From assembly GCA_016872815.1 (NCBI GenBank), contig VGYY01000002.1, forward strand, positions 1 to 48,198: a DNA stretch of 48,198 bases, given 5' to 3'. Positions 1 through 9,579 of the stretch are shown here, piece after piece. Position 1 is the stretch's first letter. Every line of letters starts with the position of its first letter. Both the position numbers and the translations under genes were made by a program. The notes under the pieces were generated by a model. The model made no database searches. It saw nothing but the letters and a program-made list of their open reading frames with translations, and had not been told where the DNA came from. The DNA is from Planctomycetota bacterium. Its GTDB lineage: Bacteria; Planctomycetota; B15-G4; SIAN01.

Positions 1-2257
1 CACCGCGCTCGCCCCGCTCGCCGCCGTGGCCGCCGCCGTGCGCTCCGCCCGGAGCGCCACGGCCGCCTTCGCCGCGCGGCGCCTCCTTCTTCGCCGTCAG
101 CGCGATGCGCTTGCGCTCGAGGTCGACCTCGAGCACCCGCACCTGCAGCTTGTCGCCGACCTTCACCACGTCGCTCGGCGCCTCGACGAACTGGTCGGCC
201 AGCTGCGACACGTGCACCAGTCCGTCCTGGTGGACGCCGATGTCGACGAACGCTCCGAAAGCGGTCACGTTCGTCACCACGCCCTCGAGCGCCATGCCCG
301 GCTTCAGGTCCTCGAGCCGGGTCACGTCCTCGCGGAAGCGCGGCGGCTCGAACTGGCTGCGCGGATCGCGGCCGGGCTTCTGCAGCTCGGCGAGGATGTC
401 GCGCAGCGTCGGCTCGCCGACGTCGCCGCCCAGGTACTTCTTCGGCTCGATCTTCGCGGCGGCCGCGTCGTTGCCGACCAGCTCCGCGACCGCGACGCCG
501 ACGTCCGCTGCCATCTTCTCGACCAGCTCGTAGCGCTCGGGGTGGACCGCGGACGCGTCGAGCGGATGCTGGCCGTCGCGGATGCGGAGGAACCCGGCGC
601 ACTGCTCGAAGGTCTTCGGGCCCATGCCGCCGACCTCGAGCAGCTGCTTTCGCCCCTTGAACGCGCCGTGCTCCTCGCGGTGCTTGACGATCCGGGTCGC
701 CAGCGCGCCGCCGATGCCGGCCACGCGCGCGAGCAGCGGCGCAGACGCGGTGTTGAGCTCGACGCCGACATGGTTCACGCAGCTCTCGACCACGTCGTCG
801 AGCTTGCCGGCCAGCAGCGGCGCGTGGACGTCGTGCTGGTACTGCCCGACACCGATCGACTTGGGATCGATCTTGACCAGCTCGGCCAGCGGATCCTGCA
901 GGCGACGCGCGATCGAGATGGCGCCGCGGATGGTGACGTCGAGGTCGGGGAACTCGGCGCGCGCGACGTCGGATGCCGAGTAGACGCTGGCGCCCGCCTC
1001 GTTGACCGGCGTGACGATCACCTGCTTCAGCTCCGGCTTCTCGACGGCGAGCCCGGCGATCATCTGCCGCACCAGGCTCTCGGTCTCGCGGCCGTGGGTG
1101 CCGTTGCCGATGGCGATCGCCACCGGCGGATGCGCCAGCACGAACTTCGCCAGCTCGGCCTTCGCCTTGGTCTCGTCGCGCACCGGGAAGATCGTGGTCG
1201 CGTCGAGGTACTTGCCGGTGGCATCGACCGCGACGCACTTGCAGCCGGTGCGCACGCCCGGATCGATGCCGATGACCGACTTCCCGCCGAGCGGGGCCGC
1301 CAGCAGCAGGTGGCGCAGGTTGTCGGCGAAGACGTCGACGGCGAGGCGGTCGGAGCGGAGCTTGAGCTCGACGCGCAGCTCGGTCTCGATCGAGGGCTGG
1401 AGCAGGCGCCGGTAGCCGTCGGCGACGGCGGCGCGCAGCTCGCCGGCGAACGGCGACGCGGGCAGGAGCTTCAGCTCGGTCTCGAGCTTCGGCAGCACGC
1501 GCGTCTCGTCGGCCTCGAGGTGGACCGACAGCGCACCCTCCTGTTCGCCGCGGCGCACGGCGAGGAAGCGATGCGACGGGATCTTCACGATCGGTTCGCG
1601 GAAGTCGTAGTAGGCCTCGAAACGGGTCGGCTGCTGCGTCTTCTCCGCGACGCGCGTCGACACCAGCACCGCCTCGCGGCCCCAGTGTTCGCGGACCATC
1701 CGGCGCAGCCCGGCGTTCTCGGCCACGGTCTCGGCCACGATGTCGCGTGCGCCTTGCAGCGCGGCGGCGGCATCGGGCACGCCCTTCTCGGCGGCGACGA
1801 ACTTCGCCGCCTCGGCGGCCGGGTCACCGGCGGCGGGCTGCTCCAGCAGTCGCTGCGCCAGCGGCTCGAGGCCGCGCTCGCGGGCGATGATCGCGCGGGT
1901 GCGCCGCTTCGGCCGGAACGGCAGGTAGAGGTCCTCGAGCGCCGCCTTGGTCGTGACCGCGCGGAGCTTCGCCTCGAGCTCGGCGGTCAGCTTGCCCTGC
2001 TCGCCGATCGACTTGAGGACGGTGGCGCGGCGCTCCTCGAGGTCGGTCAGGTACGCGACCCGCTCGCCGATGGTCCGGATCGCCACCTCGTCGAGTTCGC
2101 CGGTCGCCTCCTTGCGGTAGCGCGCGATGAACGGCACCGTCGCCCCTTCGCCGATCAACCGGAGGACGGCAGCGACGCCCGCGGCCGGGAGCGCGAGCTC
2201 CGCGGCGATCACGGGCGCGAAGTCGGGGGCGGGAGCGGTGGCGGAAGCGCGGTCCAT
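1..2257 (-). CDS. tex: Tex-like transcription accessory protein (S1 RNA-binding domain at C-terminus); 3' end runs off the window
   Basis: Reverse-complement translation from the ATG at 2257 gives MDRASATAPAPDFAPVIAAELALPAAGVAAVLRLIGEGATVPFIARYRKEATGELDEV... The left edge reads ...GMALEGVVTNVTAFGAFVDIGVHQDGLVHVSQLADQFVEAPSDVVKVGDKLQVRVLEVDLERKRIALTAKK, a typical S1 domain. It is absent from the ORF track because no stop lies inside the window. The listed + ORF 26..2263 is its antisense shadow. Confidence 0.9.
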   Translation of the reverse strand, partial: MDRASATAPAPDFAPVIAAELALPAAGVAAVLRLIGEGATVPFIARYRKEATGELDEVAIRTIGERVAYLTDLEERRATVLKSIGEQGKLTAELEAKLRAVTTKAALEDLYLPFRPKRRTRAIIARERGLEPLAQRLLEQPAAGDPAAEAAKFVAAEKGVPDAAAALQGARDIVAETVAENAGLRRMVREHWGREAVLVSTRVAEKTQQPTRFEAYYDFREPIVKIPSHRFLAVRRGEQEGALSVHLEADETRVLPKLETELKLLPASPFAGELRAAVADGYRRLLQPSIETELRVELKLRSDRLAVDVFADNLRHLLLAAPLGGKSVIGIDPGVRTGCKCVAVDATGKYLDATTIFPVRDETKAKAELAKFVLAHPPVAIAIGNGTHGRETESLVRQMIAGLAVEKPELKQVIVTPVNEAGASVYSASDVARAEFPDLDVTIRGAISIARRLQDPLAELVKIDPKSIGVGQYQHDVHAPLLAGKLDDVVESCVNHVGVELNTASAPLLARVAGIGGALATRIVKHREEHGAFKGRKQLLEVGGMGPKTFEQCAGFLRIRDGQHPLDASAVHPERYELVEKMAADVGVAVAELVGNDAAAAKIEPKKYLGGDVGEPTLRDILAELQKPGRDPRSQFEPPRFREDVTRLEDLKPGMALEGVVTNVTAFGAFVDIGVHQDGLVHVSQLADQFVEAPSDVVKVGDKLQVRVLEVDLERKRIALTAKKEAPRGEGGRGAPGGAHGGGHGGERGERG

Positions 2258-2597
2258 CGATGAGTGCCTGCGGGGACGGGGAGGGTGGAGCGAGGGTCGT
2301 TGCGCCGGGCAGAAGGCCCGGCACCTGGAACGGAAGGCCGAGAGGATCGAAAAGTCGAGGGCGTTCGTCGAGGGGGAAGGGGCGAGCGCTGCGGCGGCGC
2401 GAGCCGGGGGCGCGCGCGGCGGGCCGCCCAGCGTACGCCATCCGCGCTCACGCCATGGCCGTGTGGTCGCCCCGTCGCCGGCGCCCGCGGCGGCAGCTCC
2501 GGGCTCACCCGCCAGCAGCGGCCGCGCCGGCGCGGGTGGCGTTGCACCCGCGCGGCGAGCCCGTCGCGCGAGGCAGCTCAGTCCGGATCCGCCCGAA

Positions 2598-3008
2598 TCA
2601 GTCCGGATAGACGAACGTCACCGGTCGCTCGATCGCAGGGTTGACGCTCAGGTGGACCGGACAGGTCAGCGCCGCCTGCTCGAGGATCGGGCGTGCTTCC
2701 TTCGGCAGGCCCGGCGGCAGCTCGATGCGGATCGGCAGGCGACCGATGCGCCGCTGCGGGTCGGCCACCATCTGTTTCTCGACGAAGCCGCGCGCGCCTT
2801 CGAGCTTCCAGCCGTGCTTGCGCGCCGCGATCCCCATGATTGTCAGCATGCAGGTGACCAGCGCCGTCGCCAGCAGGTCAGTCGGCGAAAAACTCTCGCC
2901 AAGGCCCTGGTTGTCTTTCGGCGCGTCAGTTGCGAGCTTCGCGCCAGACGGGCCGTGAGTGGCGCTGCAACGCAGGCCGCCGGAATAGTCGATTTGGATG
3001 GAGACCAT
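2598..3008 (-). CDS. OsmC/Ohr family peroxiredoxin-like protein
   Basis: 136 aa of OsmC-like size and pattern (SGGLRCSATHGPSGAKLATDAP...ESFSPTDLLATALVTCMLTIMGIAARKHG...LTCPVHLS) with two conserved Cys contexts. Confidence 0.85.
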   Translation of the reverse strand: MVSIQIDYSGGLRCSATHGPSGAKLATDAPKDNQGLGESFSPTDLLATALVTCMLTIMGIAARKHGWKLEGARGFVEKQMVADPQRRIGRLPIRIELPPGLPKEARPILEQAALTCPVHLSVNPAIERPVTFVYPD

Positions 3009-3129
3009 CGAGTGCCCTCATGATCGGCGCCGTCGCACCCTCACCGCGCGGAGCGTGCGAGCGTGACGATACGCCTGCGGTAGCGTCGCGCGCCGCATCC
3101 TCACACTTGTGCCGGCCCGGGAGTCCCTC

Positions 3130-3924
3130 ATGTCCGACCGCCGCGCCTTCTCCGTCGCAATCTTCGCGCGCCATCGCGGGCGGGTGCTGCTGATCCAGCA
3201 CAAGCGCCTCGCGACGTGGCTGCCGGTGGGCGGCGAGATCGAGGCGGGAGAGACGCCGCTCGAGGCGGCGGCGCGGGAGCTCAGGGAGGAGACCGGGCTC
3301 GACGGGCGGTTCGTGGCGGCGCCGGGAACGACGCGGGTGACCGGAACGCCGGCGGGGTTGCTGGCCTACGAAGAGCACCCGGCGGGGAGCAAGGGGCTCC
3401 ACCTCAACTTCTGCTTCGTGGCCGACGTCGACTCCGACCGGGTCGTCGGCGACGACTCCTTCGGCGAGCATCGCTGGGTTGAGTCGACGGCAGGCCTCGA
3501 CTGCCCGCCGAACGTGCGCGAGTTGGTGGCGCTCGCGCTGGCGGCGCCGGCGACTGACGGTCCGCTCGTCGCCCTGGCCCGGGCCTGGCTCGCCGCCTTC
3601 AACGAGCGCGCGCTCGACCGCCTGCTCGCGCTCTACGCCGACGACGCACGCCATTTCTCGCCGAAGCTGCTGGCGCGCCGGCCGGAGACCGAGGGGCTCG
3701 TGATCGGCCAGGCGGCGCTGCGCGACTGGTGGGCCGACTGCTTCGAGCGGCTGCCGGGCCTCCACTACGCCGAGCGGTCGATCACCACCGCGGGCGACGG
3801 CTTGGCCGGCCACGTCGTGATCGAGTACGAACGGACGGTCCCGGGCGAGCCGGCACTGGCGGTCGCCGAGGCGTACACGGTGCGCGACGGCCGCATCGCC
3901 GAGTCGCGCGTCTTCCACGGGTGA
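3130..3924 (+). CDS. NUDIX hydrolase fused to a SnoaL/NTF2-like C-terminal domain
   Basis: NUDIX box GGEIEAGETPLEAAARELREETGL. The C-terminal half (LARAWLAAFNERALDRLLALYADDARHFSP...YTVRDGRIAESRVFHG) looks SnoaL/NTF2-like. The ATG at 3130 is preceded by GGGAG; a GTG at 3109 is an alternative start. Confidence 0.8.
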   Translation: MSDRRAFSVAIFARHRGRVLLIQHKRLATWLPVGGEIEAGETPLEAAARELREETGLDGRFVAAPGTTRVTGTPAGLLAYEEHPAGSKGLHLNFCFVADVDSDRVVGDDSFGEHRWVESTAGLDCPPNVRELVALALAAPATDGPLVALARAWLAAFNERALDRLLALYADDARHFSPKLLARRPETEGLVIGQAALRDWWADCFERLPGLHYAERSITTAGDGLAGHVVIEYERTVPGEPALAVAEAYTVRDGRIAESRVFHG

Positions 3925-3947
3925 TGGGCGCGGTGAGGAGCCGGGGG

Positions 3948-4817
3948 ATGGCACGATCGTCGGCGCCCATCGCCGGGTTCCTGGCGCTGGCGCTGGCCGG
4001 TGCCGGTTGCCGACAGTCGCAACCGGACCGCGCGGCAGCACAGCTCACGGCCACGAGTCTGCGCGCCATGAGCTGCAACGTCCGCTACGGCACCGCGGAC
4101 GACGGCCCGGATGGCTGGCCGTTGCGGCGCGCGCGACTGGCGACGGCGATCGCCGCGGCGGACCCCGAGGTGCTGGGCGTGCAGGAGGCGCTCGATTTCC
4201 AGCTCGAAGCGCTGGCGACCCTGCTCCCCGACCACGTGCGCATCGGCGTGGGGCGCGACGGCGGCGCACGCGGCGAACATGCCGCCCTGTTCATCGATTC
4301 GCGCGCGTGGAGGATCCTGGAGCACGGCGACTTCTGGCTGAGCGAAACGCCCGCGACGGTGGCGTCGATCGGCTGGGATGCGGCGCTGCCGCGGATCTGC
4401 ACCTGGGCGCGGCTCGAGTCCTGCGCGACCGGCGAATCGATCACGGTCTGGAACGCGCACTTCGACCATCGCGGCGAGCGCGCACGCCTCGAGAGCGCGC
4501 GGTTGATCGCGCAGCGGATCGCGACGGCGACGGGCCCGCGGCTGCTGCTCGGCGACCTCAACTGCGGCGAGGCGAGCGCGCCGCTCGTGGTGCTGCGCGC
4601 GGCCGGGCTGCGCGACACGTTCCGCGACGTGCATCCCGCAGCGACGGCGGTCGGCACGTTCCACGCGTTCCGCGGCGGCACGACCGGCGAGAAGATCGAC
4701 TACGTGCTGGCGTCGACGGGCGTGCGCACGCTCGGGGCGGAGCTGCTGACGGCTCCCGCCGCCGACGGCCGCTGGCCGAGCGATCACCACTTCGTCATGG
4801 CGACGGTCGAGTTCTGA
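3948..4817 (+). CDS. Endonuclease/exonuclease/phosphatase (EEP) family lipoprotein
   Basis: Lipobox signal MARSSAPIAGFLALALAGAGC. EEP-like motifs follow: LRAMSCNVRYG, LGVQEA, NAHFDH, LLLGDLN, IDYVL, SDHHFV. GAGGAG lies upstream of the ATG at 3948. An alternative ATG at 3924 overlaps the NUDIX stop (ATGA). Confidence 0.8.
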   Translation: MARSSAPIAGFLALALAGAGCRQSQPDRAAAQLTATSLRAMSCNVRYGTADDGPDGWPLRRARLATAIAAADPEVLGVQEALDFQLEALATLLPDHVRIGVGRDGGARGEHAALFIDSRAWRILEHGDFWLSETPATVASIGWDAALPRICTWARLESCATGESITVWNAHFDHRGERARLESARLIAQRIATATGPRLLLGDLNCGEASAPLVVLRAAGLRDTFRDVHPAATAVGTFHAFRGGTTGEKIDYVLASTGVRTLGAELLTAPAADGRWPSDHHFVMATVEF

Positions 4818-4871
4818 CGCCGCGGGGCGGCAGGTCGCGACCCGAACACGCCCGCTCCAACCGAAAGCGGC

Positions 4872-4919
4872 GGCCGGCGCGGTCCAGAGGCGCGCGTCGC
4901 CGGAGTCGCCGCGCCGGCC
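4872..4919. terminator. GC-rich hairpin between the convergent EEP and VTC genes (possible bidirectional terminator)
   Basis: 11-bp perfect arms GGCCGGCGCGG (4872-4882) and CCGCGCCGGCC (4909-4919) with a 26-nt loop. No clear U-tract. Confidence 0.3.
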
Positions 4920-4946
4920 TGATCCCCGCGCCGACCCGGCGTCGCC

Positions 4947-5690
4947 TCAGCGCACCAGCCCGGCCGCCTCGACCGCCCGGCAGTACTTGCTGATCCGCTC
5001 GAGCTTCAGGTCGTGGCGGTTGAGCGCGGTGCAGAGCCAGCTCGGCAGCACGCGGTCGAACTTGACCTCGAGGATGCACCAGTCGGGCGGGAGGAACCAG
5101 CGACCGCGCGTCGGGTCGCCCTGGATCGAGAGATCGTGCGACCGCCATTTCATGTTGCGGTCGAGCGTGATGCGCAGGTCGCGCCGCCAGGAGTCGAAGA
5201 ACGCCGCGCGGTTGTAGCTGACCACGACGGTCGGCCGCAGCCGCTCCGTCTTCGCCAGCACGGAGGCCTCGTCCAGCACGGCATCGCCCGGCTGGTGGCG
5301 TCCGGCGCAGAGTTCGCGCACGGTCCGCTCTGCGGCGGCCACCGGCAGCTTGGTGCGCCGCTTGGCCACGCCGAGGTTGAGCCGCTGCTTGATCTCGACG
5401 AATGCATGGCTCGCGCCGGCGCCGTAGGTGCGCACCCGCACCTTGCGCCGGTACTTCTCGCCGTCCTGCTTCTCCCAGTAGGCGTCGAGGCCCGGGGAGT
5501 CGAGGTAGAGCGAGGTGATCTTGTAGAAGCCGTCGGCGCCGGCGTTGGCGTCGCGGCGCACGTAGGGCGCGATGGTGTCCAGCACCGCCTGCGCCTGCCG
5601 CACCTGCAGCAGGTACTTGAGCTCGTACCGATCGAACAGGAGCAGGTCGGCCTTCTCGTCGCGCCGCTGCCGCACGAGGGACGCGCTCAT
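4947..5690 (-). CDS. VTC-domain (polyphosphate polymerase-like, triphosphate tunnel/CYTH-type) protein
   Basis: MSASLVRQRRDEKADLLLFDRYELKYLL...ITSLYLDSPGLDAYWEKQDGEKYRRKVRVRTYG...FVEIKQR...VVVSYNRAAFF...LRITLDRNM...CILEVKF is the pattern of bacterial VTC-domain proteins. The start at 5690 overlaps the CotH stop (ATGA at 5687-5690). The longer track ORF (to 6218) lies inside the CotH gene and is rejected. Confidence 0.8.
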   Translation of the reverse strand: MSASLVRQRRDEKADLLLFDRYELKYLLQVRQAQAVLDTIAPYVRRDANAGADGFYKITSLYLDSPGLDAYWEKQDGEKYRRKVRVRTYGAGASHAFVEIKQRLNLGVAKRRTKLPVAAAERTVRELCAGRHQPGDAVLDEASVLAKTERLRPTVVVSYNRAAFFDSWRRDLRITLDRNMKWRSHDLSIQGDPTRGRWFLPPDWCILEVKFDRVLPSWLCTALNRHDLKLERISKYCRAVEAAGLVR

Positions 5691-8431
5691 GGCGCGCCCG
5701 CCATCGCCGGCAGCACCACGAACCGGCCGGGGTCGAGCTTCGCCGGCAGCTCGAACCTGCCCTCGGTGGTGGTGTCCTCGAGCGTCAGCGACGACTGGTC
5801 GTCCATGCGCACGTCGACCTCGTTGCCGCGCAACCCGCAGCGAACCAGCCGCCCGAGCCCGCCGCCCGGGTAGCGCCAGTTCTTGTCGTAGGAGGAGACG
5901 CCGACCTTGCAGTCGAAGATGGCCGTGTCGAACACCTGCGGGTCCGAGCCGTCCTTGATGCCGATGCCGGTGACGCAGCCGCGCAGCAGCGCGTCGCGGA
6001 TAATCGGGTGCGAGCCCTCGCCGACCGAGATCCCCTTGTCGCCGGCGCCCTCGACCCGGATCCGTTCGAGCGTGACGCTGCAGGTCATCAGGTCGAAGCC
6101 GTCGTTCAGCGGCTTCACGATGGTGATGTCGGACGCCGTGCCGTCGCACAGGTCGAAGTCGATCGCGTCGGCGATGGCGCGTTCCACCGTGACCCGCTCG
6201 AAGACGACGCGCCGGCACTTGCCGAGCCGCACGCCGTCGTCGCCGAGGCGATTGTCGGCGAAGCGGCAGTCGCGCACGACGAGGTCGTCGACCAGGTGGG
6301 CCGAGAACATCCCCGAGTAGTACAGCCAGCCGATCGTCGCCTCGCTGCCGCCGACGATCGACACGCGCTCGAGCAGGCTGCCGTCGCAGCCGTGCCCCTG
6401 CAACGCGACCACGCCGAACGGCTGGCCCGGATCGAGCCGCTCGAAGCGCACGTCACGCCATGCGACGCGCGACGCGAGCTGCAGCGACACGCCCGGTCCG
6501 AGCTTCACCACGCTGCCGGGTGCGATGGCGAGCGTGTCGGCCGGTCCGAGCCGCAGGCTCTCCGTAACCGCCACCGCACCCGACCAGGCGAGCGCGCGCG
6601 GCGCCGCCGGCGCGTCCCGCCGCCACGGATGCACGCTGTCGGTGGCGACGTAGCCGTGCGGCGGCCCTTCGCGCACCTCGACGGCGCCGGCGCCGACCGT
6701 CCGCTCGCAGGCGAGCGCAAGCACGCGCGGCACCGAACCACCCGCCGGCGCACGCAGCAGGAAGCGGCTCTCGAGCGCCGCCAGCCGCGTGAACGCGCGG
6801 TGCTGCGAGAACGTGTCCTGCCCTTCGCTCGGCCGGTCGCGGAACGAGGCGGTGAAATCGCGCCCGACGTGGAGCGCCGCGGCGGGATCGTCGACGACGA
6901 GGCGATGCCCTTCGAGGCGCGTCGCCACGCGCCGATCCGCCGGTCCCAGTGCCCCGTCGAAATCGCGATCCTCGTGGAGCTCGAGCGCCGTCGGGGCGGT
7001 CTCCAGATCGATCGCGGCGAGGCGCAGCGACGCGACCGCCGTGGCATGCACCGAGAGCGCCGCCTGCGCTGCGTCCGCGACACCGTCGGCGCCGGCTCGC
7101 GCCGGCTCGCGCTGCCACGCCACCTCCGCCACCGCGTGCTGCTGCCGGACGGTCTGATGGCGCTCTTCGAGCTTGCGGGCCATGCCGCGGAACGCCACGT
7201 CGAGCCAGCGGTCGACCGGCATGCCGGCCGCCTCGATCGCACGCCGCGTCCGCTCCAGCACCGCGAGCTGCCGCGCCGGCGCCTCGTCGCGCAGGCAATC
7301 GGCCGCGACGATCGCGGCGACGCGATCGAGGAAGCGCGGGTCCTGCGCCAGGCGCAGGAAGAGCCGGTTCGCCGTCGACTCGACGCCTTGCCCCGCCGGC
7401 ATGTTGAGCAGCGGGTTCCACAGGTAGCCCGACAGCTTCCCGGCCAGCAGGTCGAGTCCGATCTTCCAGTTGTGCGAATGGTCGACGTGCTGGTCGCCGT
7501 GGTAGGCGAGGACGGCGCAGTAGCGGGCGAAGCTCGGGTCGAGGATCGCATCGAGGCGGTCGAGGCCGCGCGCCGTCGGGTCGTGGGCGGCGTCGAGCAG
7601 CTCGGACAGCCACGGCCGCCACGACTCCTCGTACCGGTTCCAGCGGTCGTTCTTCTCCCACAGGTGGGGATTCCACGACAGCTCCCATGACGAGTGGATC
7701 GGCACGTCGGGCACGAACAGCTCGCCGTAGAAGACGTCGCCCGGCATCTCGCCCACGCGCCGCACGAACGACTCGTCGACCTGCTCCTCCTGCAGGTAGA
7801 GCCCCTCGTCCTCGAGGTTGACGTAGAGGCGGACCACGCGCGTGAGCGGCGCCGGCAGGCCGATCTCGCGTGCCAGCTCGAACGTGACCAGGCTCGACAG
7901 GCGATCCTCGAGCGGCGTCAGGTTCAGCACGCGCTGCTCGTCGACGAACTCGCGCTTCTTCGTGCGCAGCTTCCACGACTTGCGCGCGAAGAAGAAGTTC
8001 TCCATCCGCTGGCCGCGCCAGCTGGCGTCGACCTCGTAGCTCTCGGCGTCATTGACCTCGAGCAGCGCGTTCTGGCGCTGGCGGGCCGATTCCGGCAGGT
8101 CGGCGGCGAGCGCATCGAGCGCGGGCCCGTCGATGCGCAGGTCGTAGACGTCGACCGGTGGCAGCGGGTCGGCGGCTGCCGGCGCGACGCGCACGGGCCG
8201 CGCCAGCGGCAGGAAGCGCTTCGGCGCGCCGCCGAAGACTTGGCGGATCGCCTGGTTGATCATCAGGCGCAGCGTCCCGACGCGCTGGTCACGCACCAGC
8301 TCGCCGTGGAAGTTGCGGATCTCAGCGTTCCAGAAGCTCGAGAGCGCGGCACCCCACAGCCAGAGCGACAGCACCAGGAACGGCGTCGCGAGGAAGACGA
8401 CGTCGCGCAGCACGTTGCGCGGCCGGCGCAT
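5687..8431 (-). CDS. Membrane-anchored CotH-family kinase-like protein with a C-terminal right-handed beta-helix (PbH1-like) region
   Basis: N-terminal TM segment VVFLATPFLVLSLWLWGAALSSF. The central region is CotH-like (ESYEVDASWRGQRMENFFFARKSWKLRTKK...VRLYVNLEDEGLYLQEEQVDESFV...HVDHSHNWKIGLD). The C-terminus has repeated beta-helix-like turns (DAIDFDLCDG...NDGFDLMTC...GDKGISVGEGS...GIGIKDGS). Confidence 0.8.
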   Translation of the reverse strand: MRRPRNVLRDVVFLATPFLVLSLWLWGAALSSFWNAEIRNFHGELVRDQRVGTLRLMINQAIRQVFGGAPKRFLPLARPVRVAPAAADPLPPVDVYDLRIDGPALDALAADLPESARQRQNALLEVNDAESYEVDASWRGQRMENFFFARKSWKLRTKKREFVDEQRVLNLTPLEDRLSSLVTFELAREIGLPAPLTRVVRLYVNLEDEGLYLQEEQVDESFVRRVGEMPGDVFYGELFVPDVPIHSSWELSWNPHLWEKNDRWNRYEESWRPWLSELLDAAHDPTARGLDRLDAILDPSFARYCAVLAYHGDQHVDHSHNWKIGLDLLAGKLSGYLWNPLLNMPAGQGVESTANRLFLRLAQDPRFLDRVAAIVAADCLRDEAPARQLAVLERTRRAIEAAGMPVDRWLDVAFRGMARKLEERHQTVRQQHAVAEVAWQREPARAGADGVADAAQAALSVHATAVASLRLAAIDLETAPTALELHEDRDFDGALGPADRRVATRLEGHRLVVDDPAAALHVGRDFTASFRDRPSEGQDTFSQHRAFTRLAALESRFLLRAPAGGSVPRVLALACERTVGAGAVEVREGPPHGYVATDSVHPWRRDAPAAPRALAWSGAVAVTESLRLGPADTLAIAPGSVVKLGPGVSLQLASRVAWRDVRFERLDPGQPFGVVALQGHGCDGSLLERVSIVGGSEATIGWLYYSGMFSAHLVDDLVVRDCRFADNRLGDDGVRLGKCRRVVFERVTVERAIADAIDFDLCDGTASDITIVKPLNDGFDLMTCSVTLERIRVEGAGDKGISVGEGSHPIIRDALLRGCVTGIGIKDGSDPQVFDTAIFDCKVGVSSYDKNWRYPGGGLGRLVRCGLRGNEVDVRMDDQSSLTLEDTTTEGRFELPAKLDPGRFVVLPAMAGAP

Positions 8432-8432
8432 C

Positions 8433-9533
8433 TCAGCCGCCCTCCGCGAGCGCCGGCGCGAGGTTCTCGCGCGCCTTGCGGATCACGCGCTGCGAATGCG
8501 TCGACAGCGACGCCTGCGGGATCCGGCAGCGCAGCGCGACGCTCGCCACCTGGTTGCCGGGGATGCCGGTGAACAGCTCGGCGTATGCCCCGACGCCCGA
8601 GCCGGCGCGATGGAGCAGCGCCACTTCGGGCAGCCGGGTCTCGCGCGAGCCGTCGCGGCGCGCCACTTCGCAGCCGGTGACGGCGAATCCGTCCCACAGG
8701 TTCTCGATGCGCAGCTGCACGACGAGCTCTTCGCGCCACGGCCATGGTTCGAACATCGCCGCCGGGAACTCGATGCGCACGTCCTCGCCGCGCGGCAGCG
8801 CCCACAGCTCCTGATGGCGGAAGAAGCGCGCGTGCTCGACCGGCACGCCGACGGCGCCGAGGACGTCGCGCTCGAGCGGCCGGCGCGGGATGCCGGCCTT
8901 GATCAGCCCGCGCGGCGCACCGCGCACCTGCGCCCGGTCCCACTCGTCGGCCGCCGCTGCCACCTCGGCGTAGGCATTCAGCTCGCCGAGCGCCGCAAGG
9001 TAGTCGTCGAGGACTCCGGGGTGGGTCAGCGTCAGCTCGAACGCGCGCCGGAGCGATCTCGCCGCCGCCTTGAAGTCGCCGTCCGCGTCGAAGGCGCGTC
9101 CCTGCGCCCACCAGAGCTGGTAGTCGGTCGGCAGCCGTTCGAGCAGCGGGACCAGCGCCTCCGCGCCGCGATTCGGCCGCCCGAGCGCGACCCACGCCTC
9201 GGCCAGCTGCACTCCGGCCCGGCTCACCGCGTGGGTCCACCGCTGCGCCGGCTGGATGCGCGGATGGTCGGCGAGGAAACGCTCGAGGCGATCGCGCGCG
9301 GTCGCGTGGTCACCCGCCGCCGCCTCCGCGCGCGCCGCGTCCGGTTCGGCGAAGGTCCGCTCGTGGAACCAGGCGCGGGCGGCGATGGTGAGGCCGAGGT
9401 CGACGTCGTCGGGCACCCAGGCGACGTAGGCCCACAGGCCGCCACCGGTGATCAGCGTCAGCAGCAGGTAGGCCGCCGCCAGCACCCGACGGTGGGAATA
9501 GGCGAAGCTGCGCAGCCGCCCGAGGACGGTCAC
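8433..9533 (-). CDS. Hypothetical membrane-anchored protein with a TPR-like helical region and a beta-rich C-terminal domain
   Basis: 366-aa ORF in the coding-type frame. TM segment VLAAAYLLLTLITGGGLWAYVAWV, followed by helical-repeat-like sequence. Its stop at 8433 lies 1 nt from the CotH start codon at 8431, which suggests operon membership. Confidence 0.6.
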   Translation of the reverse strand: MTVLGRLRSFAYSHRRVLAAAYLLLTLITGGGLWAYVAWVPDDVDLGLTIAARAWFHERTFAEPDAARAEAAAGDHATARDRLERFLADHPRIQPAQRWTHAVSRAGVQLAEAWVALGRPNRGAEALVPLLERLPTDYQLWWAQGRAFDADGDFKAAARSLRRAFELTLTHPGVLDDYLAALGELNAYAEVAAAADEWDRAQVRGAPRGLIKAGIPRRPLERDVLGAVGVPVEHARFFRHQELWALPRGEDVRIEFPAAMFEPWPWREELVVQLRIENLWDGFAVTGCEVARRDGSRETRLPEVALLHRAGSGVGAYAELFTGIPGNQVASVALRCRIPQASLSTHSQRVIRKARENLAPALAEGG

Positions 9534-9579
9534 GCGCGACTCCGGACGCCGCCGGCCGGCGCTGCCGTCGCCGGCCCGC

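Noticed and set aside
26-2263. 745-aa + strand ORF
   Set aside because: It is the antisense shadow of the tex gene. Its translation is low-complexity R/L/A/D-rich with no motifs, whereas the opposite strand gives an unmistakable Tex/S1 protein.
2578-2608. 11-bp direct repeat TCAGTCCGGAT (2578-2588 and 2598-2608), spanning the OsmC-like gene stop codon
   Set aside because: It is short, has only two copies, and plausibly arose by chance or local slippage. No functional inference is possible.
5691-6218. N-terminal extension of track ORF 4947..6218 (423 aa)
   Set aside because: The extension lies entirely inside the CotH gene in another frame. VTC-domain similarity begins only after Met at 5690, which forms an ATGA overlap with the CotH stop.
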